NCBI RefSeq assembly: GCF_000981785.2
Contig: NZ_CP011304.1
Span: 2,100,001 to 2,132,000 of the forward strand
Source: Microcystis aeruginosa NIES-2549
GTDB taxonomy: Bacteria; Cyanobacteriota; Cyanobacteriia; Cyanobacteriales; Microcystaceae
Direction: 5' to 3'
Length of the DNA stretch: 32,000 nucleotides
Shown here: positions 27,576 to 32,000 of the stretch, one piece after another
Numbering within the stretch: the first letter of the stretch is position 1
Layout of the letters: the number at the start of each line of letters is the position of its first letter
Made by a program: the position numbers and the translations under genes
The notes under the pieces: generated by a model
Database searches by the model: none
Told to the model about the DNA's origin: nothing
The model's input: only the letters and a program-made list of their open reading frames with translations

Positions 27576-28049
27576 CTAGGACTCATTTAAGTAGAAATCA
27601 TCATCCAAGAGCTGCTCAATTGAAAAAGGACAGGTGATTGGATAATCATTTTCTAATGGTATGCGAACGCCAAATTTAGCTTTTTTTCCATCTCTAATTG
27701 CCAGCTGGCGAGCGTCTGGATAGACTGAGGAAACTGCTGTGGACAGATAGGGATTGAGAGATGGAGTATCTCGTAAGCTTTTTTGAACTCGCTGCCGGTG
27801 TTCGTTGATTGAATCATACCAACTGCCTGTCATAGTCTCAGGCGCATCGCCTTGTATCTTGAGCTTGAGTAAATGAGCCAACAAAACCATTAAGTTACTT
27901 TCTAAGGCTCTTTTTTCTGACTTGCCCAAGTCTTGTAATTCCTCAATTAAGTGTTCAACGTCTAGTTGTTCAAATTGACGATTTTTTAATTGTTGAATTG
28001 TCTGCTCAATCCACAAGTCAAAATCAGAATCATATAAAATACTGGACAT
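27576..28049 (-). CDS. DUF29 domain protein
   Basis: 'LYD.DF..W...Q...L......LD.E.LIEEL..LGKSEKRAL.S.L..LL.HLLK' is the hallmark DUF29 N-terminus. Confidence 0.8.
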   Translation of the reverse strand: MSSILYDSDFDLWIEQTIQQLKNRQFEQLDVEHLIEELQDLGKSEKRALESNLMVLLAHLLKLKIQGDAPETMTGSWYDSINEHRQRVQKSLRDTPSLNPYLSTAVSSVYPDARQLAIRDGKKAKFGVRIPLENDYPITCPFSIEQLLDDDFYLNES

Positions 28050-28203
28050 TTCTCGCAGTTTTATTAATGATATAACTTAGCCAAGCCTGATGTTAACAAA
28101 TATTGTAGGTTTTGTCAAGTAGCGATTACCTGATAATTTTTTTTGTACTATTTATCTTCCTTAACCTTCCTTTTATGAACTGACTTCTACATCTCTTGTA
28201 GAA

Positions 28204-28347
28204 CTATAAACTTCTATTTTTAGCTATTTGCTGCGCCTTGAAATCTAGCATCAGTGAAATAACTATCTTGCGGCTGGATTCTTGTTGGTGTCGATGCTGA
28301 TAAAATTGTACTTTTTTATCGAAAGTGTACAGATCTGATTTACTCAT
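28204..28347 (-). CDS. Small ORF (47 aa, basic), below the ORF-track cutoff. Coding status is unproven.
   Basis: I translated it by hand as MSKSDLYTFDKKVQFYQHRHQQESSRKIVISLMLDFKAQQIAKNRSL. It lies 42 nt downstream of the 70-aa ORF on the same strand. Confidence 0.2.
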   Translation of the reverse strand: MSKSDLYTFDKKVQFYQHRHQQESSRKIVISLMLDFKAQQIAKNRSL

Positions 28348-28389
28348 GGAGGATTGGATTTCGCCAATTATCAACAGTCTATTTTTGAT

Positions 28390-28602
28390 TCACAAATCCA
28401 ATTCTATCTGGTCTAGCCTACCAAAGACTTCGTCATCATGTTCAGTAACATTAATCATCTGCACTCCGAAAGACTCTTCTAACATTGCTTTCAGAGCATT
28501 GCGGAAAGATTCCTGCGAGTGCAGTCTCCATATCGCTGCCAAAGCACCAACACTACTGTCGTAATGGTCGCGCATTTCCCTATATTGGAAAATTTCGGCC
28601 AT
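28390..28602 (-). CDS. Hypothetical acidic protein (70 aa)
   Basis: It starts with ATG and has higher GC than the surrounding glycan genes. I recognise no motif in it. Confidence 0.35.
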   Translation of the reverse strand: MAEIFQYREMRDHYDSSVGALAAIWRLHSQESFRNALKAMLEESFGVQMINVTEHDDEVFGRLDQIELDL

Positions 28603-28643
28603 TTCTTGGCGGATAATCGCTTTGATTTCTTATTTCTTCATAG

Positions 28644-28826
28644 TTATATTTTCTTTGAAAACACATACTTATAGTTTTGAATCAACAGCAATAATAACAT
28701 AAAACCCCAGGTAGGAATACTAGAAAACTGAGATTGAAATATTGACATCAAAGATATATACAAAAATAACAAGAGCCAGGACAGACTATACAAGTTGTTG
28801 TTTTTGATCCAATCTTGATAAAACAA
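28644..28826 (-). pseudogene. TM-rich ORF without an ATG, possibly the orphaned C-terminal fragment of the wzy-like gene
   Basis: The reading frame begins at TTG and encodes two hydrophobic segments. The 116-bp palindromic element is all that separates it from the wzy-like ORF. Confidence 0.3.
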
Positions 28827-28836
28827 TGAAGTTATA

Positions 28837-28952
28837 TATAGCGTTTTTCACTCTGCTGAGGTACAAAAGTTATGGGTTTTAGGCAAAAGGCAAGAGGCAA
28901 AAGGCAAAAGGGAAGAAAATAGGTGTACCTCACTAGCTTAGGAAACGCTATA
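28837..28952. repeat. 116-bp imperfect palindromic (MITE-like) element with a GGCAAAAG-type core
   Basis: Outer arms are 'tatagcgttt' (28837-28846) and 'aaacgctata' (28943-28952). Inner arms are 'tgaggtaca' (28857-28865) and 'tgtacctca' (28924-28932). The core is 'ggcaaaaggcaagaggcaaaaggcaaaaggg'. The right arm overlaps the stop (28938-28940) of the wzy-like ORF. Confidence 0.7.
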
Positions 28953-30183
28953 ACCTAAAATAAATGAGAAAATAAATACACCTATCTCTCTGCCATCTAT
29001 ATAAAAATCATAAACCATAGTATAAAATGCATTAGCATATCTATCAGGGGCAGAACCAATTTTTTGAAAGTCATTCATAAATTCATGTAAATATAACACT
29101 AATTGTTCTTTCCCTCCTATCAAAGGAAAAATTCCTGAGAAGTCTTTATCAAATCTAGTGATTATCAAAAATAATATACGTTCCAAACTGCTAAAAGTAG
29201 ACAAACCATAAGTCATATTTTGAGATAGTATCGAATAAGGATCTTCTAATTGTTTATCTAATAAAACAAAACCACAAGTATGATACCATATAATAAAATC
29301 ATAAAAAACTTCATAGTAAGAAGCTTTACTTCCTTTACTGGATATTCTTACAACAGAAATTATAGCAACCGAAAGCAAAATAATTGCTAATATAAATAAC
29401 AGATAAAATAATAATCTTTTCCCAGCTCTGGATTTTATCCGCAATAATGCAAGAGTTGAATTTAGTTGGTCGGATATTTTTTTATTAAACAAAAATCCCA
29501 AGATAACCAAAAAGAAAAAAATAAAATACAGCTCAAACCTACCTAATGTCATAACTGACTTACAAAAATTTAAGAAGGTACTTAGTAAAATATATAATCT
29601 ATTTCCATAGACATATAAAAATATTGAAGATATAATTAAACATAATAGAATCAAGGAATATAAGAAGATAACGTAAAATAATTCTACTTGAGAACTTCCA
29701 TATAGAATACTCGCTTTATCAGATGTACTAAAAATCTTTGATCTGTAGCTTTGTAGTTCAAGTGCTGAAGATGTTCGCAACAAATATATTGCTTTTACAA
29801 AAAAAGGCAAAACAAATATTAACAAAATTGGATATGATACATTTAATATTGATTTGAATTGTTTATGAAAATTGATATTTATAGAAATACTTTTATCGAA
29901 AAGAATGTTCTTTTTGTATTTGTTATTTGTTTTAACAACAATTAAAGCTCCTAATGTATATGCTAAGAGCATCAAAATTATCAGTGATTGTGTGTGAACA
30001 CCTGGTATTATATATTCCTGTAAGACTCAGATTTGCTATAAAAAGCCAACCTCCCCACCAAATAGTCATGAAAGTAATAGGATTAGCCAGCCTTTTGAAT
30101 TTTAGATAAGATAAAAATACACAGATAAAAACAACTGTAGGAATCAAAAAGATAAAAATTGCAGTATCTTCAAACCAATCCAT
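28938..30183 (-). pseudogene. Wzy-like oligosaccharide repeat-unit polymerase, frameshifted near 30005-30017
   Basis: The 83-aa (29932-30183) and 345-aa (28938-29975) ORFs are both polytopic and overlap in different frames. The downstream frame is open back to about 30030 ('VLQEYIIPGVHTQSLIILMLLAYTLG'), so a 1-nt shift inside 'ggtattatatattcc' would join them. Confidence 0.6.
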
Positions 30184-30222
30184 AATTTTTTATATCCTAG
30201 CTATACGTTGAATCGATAGTTT

Positions 30223-31020
30223 TTATTTTTTATTTTTATGTAGGGCAACTATATTTTGATAGGCAAATATTTCACAAAAGATAGGAGAGTATGTATCTAA
30301 TGGCAAGAGATGATTCGGTAACATTCTAAAAAGTCGATATTCTTCCAATAAATCGAAGAAATCCTTAAAGAAAGTTCTGCTAAAAACGTTCATTTCATTA
30401 AACTCAAAGTGTATAATCTCAATCATACCTTTTTTAAGAGATTCCTTCAAGCCCTCAAGGACACTGTATTCATTCCCCTCAACGTCAATTTTCAGCAATT
30501 TTACTTTTTGTATATTCTGCTCAGACAAAAAGCTATCTAAATCAATAACATCCACTAAATGTGCAACTGAATCACACTGGCGAATCTCATTGATAGCACC
30601 TCTATACAGAGAAGCATGAGATGAGCCATCTTGATTTTTATAATCATATAGTTCCAATTTCGATTTACTTTTACCGCAACCTAAATTCAAAGCCTTATAC
30701 TTATTTTTAATGGCATTCTCTTGAAGTATTTTAAAAGTCTTCGGATGCGGCTCAAACGCATAAATCATAACTCCTGAGTTAAGTTGTTTGATTAAGTTAG
30801 AATAATTGCCAACATTTGCTCCGATGTCAAGTACGACTGAACCTGGTTGAAAATTTTTTGTCAGTTTGGTAATAAAAGAATACTCGCCACTTATTTTATC
30901 ATTCTTCCAATTCAAAATTCCTAGAAAATTTAGCACCAACAAATATAGCCTGACATTGAAGCTATAAAAAAAAGGTCTTGCTAAAATCCATACTAAAAAG
31001 TTTCTGATTGTTTGTTTCAT
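30223..31020 (-). CDS. FkbM-family methyltransferase
   Basis: It has 'VLDIGANVGNYS', 'AFEPHP.TF' and 'LKIDVEGNEYSVLEG'. Confidence 0.8.
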   Translation of the reverse strand: MKQTIRNFLVWILARPFFYSFNVRLYLLVLNFLGILNWKNDKISGEYSFITKLTKNFQPGSVVLDIGANVGNYSNLIKQLNSGVMIYAFEPHPKTFKILQENAIKNKYKALNLGCGKSKSKLELYDYKNQDGSSHASLYRGAINEIRQCDSVAHLVDVIDLDSFLSEQNIQKVKLLKIDVEGNEYSVLEGLKESLKKGMIEIIHFEFNEMNVFSRTFFKDFFDLLEEYRLFRMLPNHLLPLDTYSPIFCEIFAYQNIVALHKNKK

Positions 31021-31045
31021 AGCATTAGTTGTTTTAATTTCAAGA

Positions 31046-32000
31046 CTATATTAGAGTTCGCTTTATTTTATTAAAATAATTTAGATTTTGCTCAAAACGA
31101 AATGGTATAAACAAAGCTTTAGTTAACATCAAACCAGGCTTGAACATAGGAGGATAAAGGAGACAGCTAATATGAGAAGCTACTGCATAGGATAGCACGG
31201 TTGCTATCGCCGCTCCCACACCGCTGTAGGGGGGAATAAGCAAGAAATTCAACCAGACATTGACAATCGCTCCTAATGAAGTCGTCAAAAAACTAAACCG
31301 GGTGAAATTTTCAGCCATTAACCAGTTACTGCGAGCCACCCCCAAAAAGACGAAAGGACCGGCCCAGATGTGCCATGCTAGAATTTGACCAGCTTCAGCA
31401 TAGTCCTTACCGAGCAAATTTGTCAACAAAGGAACTGAAGCAAAAGTCATGGGAACTGCAATGGCCAGTGCCATCCAAGCCATGAGATCGTACAATTGTT
31501 GTAGTCTAGCATAATATTCCTCTCTACTCCTCTGCTTCGCCCGCAGGATTGCAGGAAAGACAGAAGAACAAACTGCCACAGGAATAAAATACCAAATTTC
31601 TGAGAACCTGACCGCCGCCGCATAGTTTCCCACTGCTTGAGCATTTGCCATATTACCGAGCATTATTTGGTCAATCTTCATGTAAATCGTGATCATGACA
31701 CCCGATAGGATCAGCGGCCATGAATCTCGCAGCATTTCTAACCCTTTCGACCAATTGACTCTCCATTGCCATATAGATTGGTGATGCTTAAAATAAACCC
31801 AGAGCATTCCCAGCACCTTCACAACCTGCTCTGCCAGAATTAACCAGACAAAAGCCATTAACGACAACTTGAAGGCAATAAATGAAAGTTTGATCAGGGA
31901 ACTCAAAATTAACTGGACGCTTCTCAGTATAGCTAGGACTCCTGAAAGTACCTGTGATTGAAACCAAAACTCGATCACGTCAAAAGCACTGAACATTAAG
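31046..32000 (-). CDS. wzx: Wzx-type polysaccharide flippase (MOP superfamily), C-terminal about 318 aa. The N-terminus lies beyond the window.
   Basis: The frame remains open to base 32000. There are many TM segments and typical Wzx segments such as 'MLGNM....AVG.Y.AA.R' and 'P.....GAAIATV.SY'. Confidence 0.75.
   Translation of the reverse strand, partial: LMFSAFDVIEFWFQSQVLSGVLAILRSVQLILSSLIKLSFIAFKLSLMAFVWLILAEQVVKVLGMLWVYFKHHQSIWQWRVNWSKGLEMLRDSWPLILSGVMITIYMKIDQIMLGNMANAQAVGNYAAAVRFSEIWYFIPVAVCSSVFPAILRAKQRSREEYYARLQQLYDLMAWMALAIAVPMTFASVPLLTNLLGKDYAEAGQILAWHIWAGPFVFLGVARSNWLMAENFTRFSFLTTSLGAIVNVWLNFLLIPPYSGVGAAIATVLSYAVASHISCLLYPPMFKPGLMLTKALFIPFRFEQNLNYFNKIKRTLI

Noticed and set aside
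28325-28564. 79-aa plus-strand ORF
   Set aside because: It is antisense to the 70-aa minus-strand ORF. Every other gene in the 13.2-32 kb island except the transposase stub is on the minus strand, and the tracker start here is a non-ATG codon (GTG). Neither ORF is strongly supported, but the minus-strand one has an ATG and fits the operon polarity.
31447-31644. 65-aa ORF inside wzx
   Set aside because: It is an alternative frame within a continuous polytopic flippase CDS.

Overview
The window looks cyanobacterial and is probably from Microcystis. This is an inference from HIP1 (GCGATCGC) sites, the AT-rich genome, (CAGTTAT)n-type heptamer arrays at gene ends, and Uma2, DUF29, DUF433 and XisH-type genes.

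The left 13 kb is mostly core metabolism:
- nadE (3' part)
- a YgfZ/GcvT-family folate-binding protein
- a type I GAPDH
- MoeB with a rhodanese domain
- GcvH
- a 902-aa acetate-CoA-ligase/GNAT (Pat-like) protein

This core region is interrupted at 4.9-7.7 kb by a markedly AT-rich, apparently intact MmeI-family (Type IIL) single-chain restriction-modification gene.

From 13.2 kb to the window end everything is on the minus strand. It forms a very AT-rich, HIP1-poor Wzx/Wzy-type polysaccharide (O-antigen/EPS-like) island. The island holds an epimerase, five glycosyltransferases, two to three FkbM-type methyltransferases, two Wzy-like polymerases and a Wzx flippase cut by the window end.

The island is mosaic and partly decayed:
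- One FkbM gene carries an in-frame TGA.
- One wzy-like gene is frameshifted in a TA tract and followed by a 116-bp palindromic element.
- One inserted block contains a transposase stub, a full-length group II intron (RT-maturase-HNH, with recognisable domains V and VI), a DUF433 gene and an orphan Phd/YefM-like gene.
- A second inserted block contains Uma2, DUF29 and two small unknown ORFs.

I found no rRNA, tRNA or CRISPR array. I cannot demonstrate a clearly new multi-gene system from sequence alone. The best candidates for follow-up are the intergenic elements bounded by heptamer arrays, the Uma2-DUF29-small-ORF block and the MmeI-like enzyme. All homology statements come from my own recognition of motifs and families, not from database searches.
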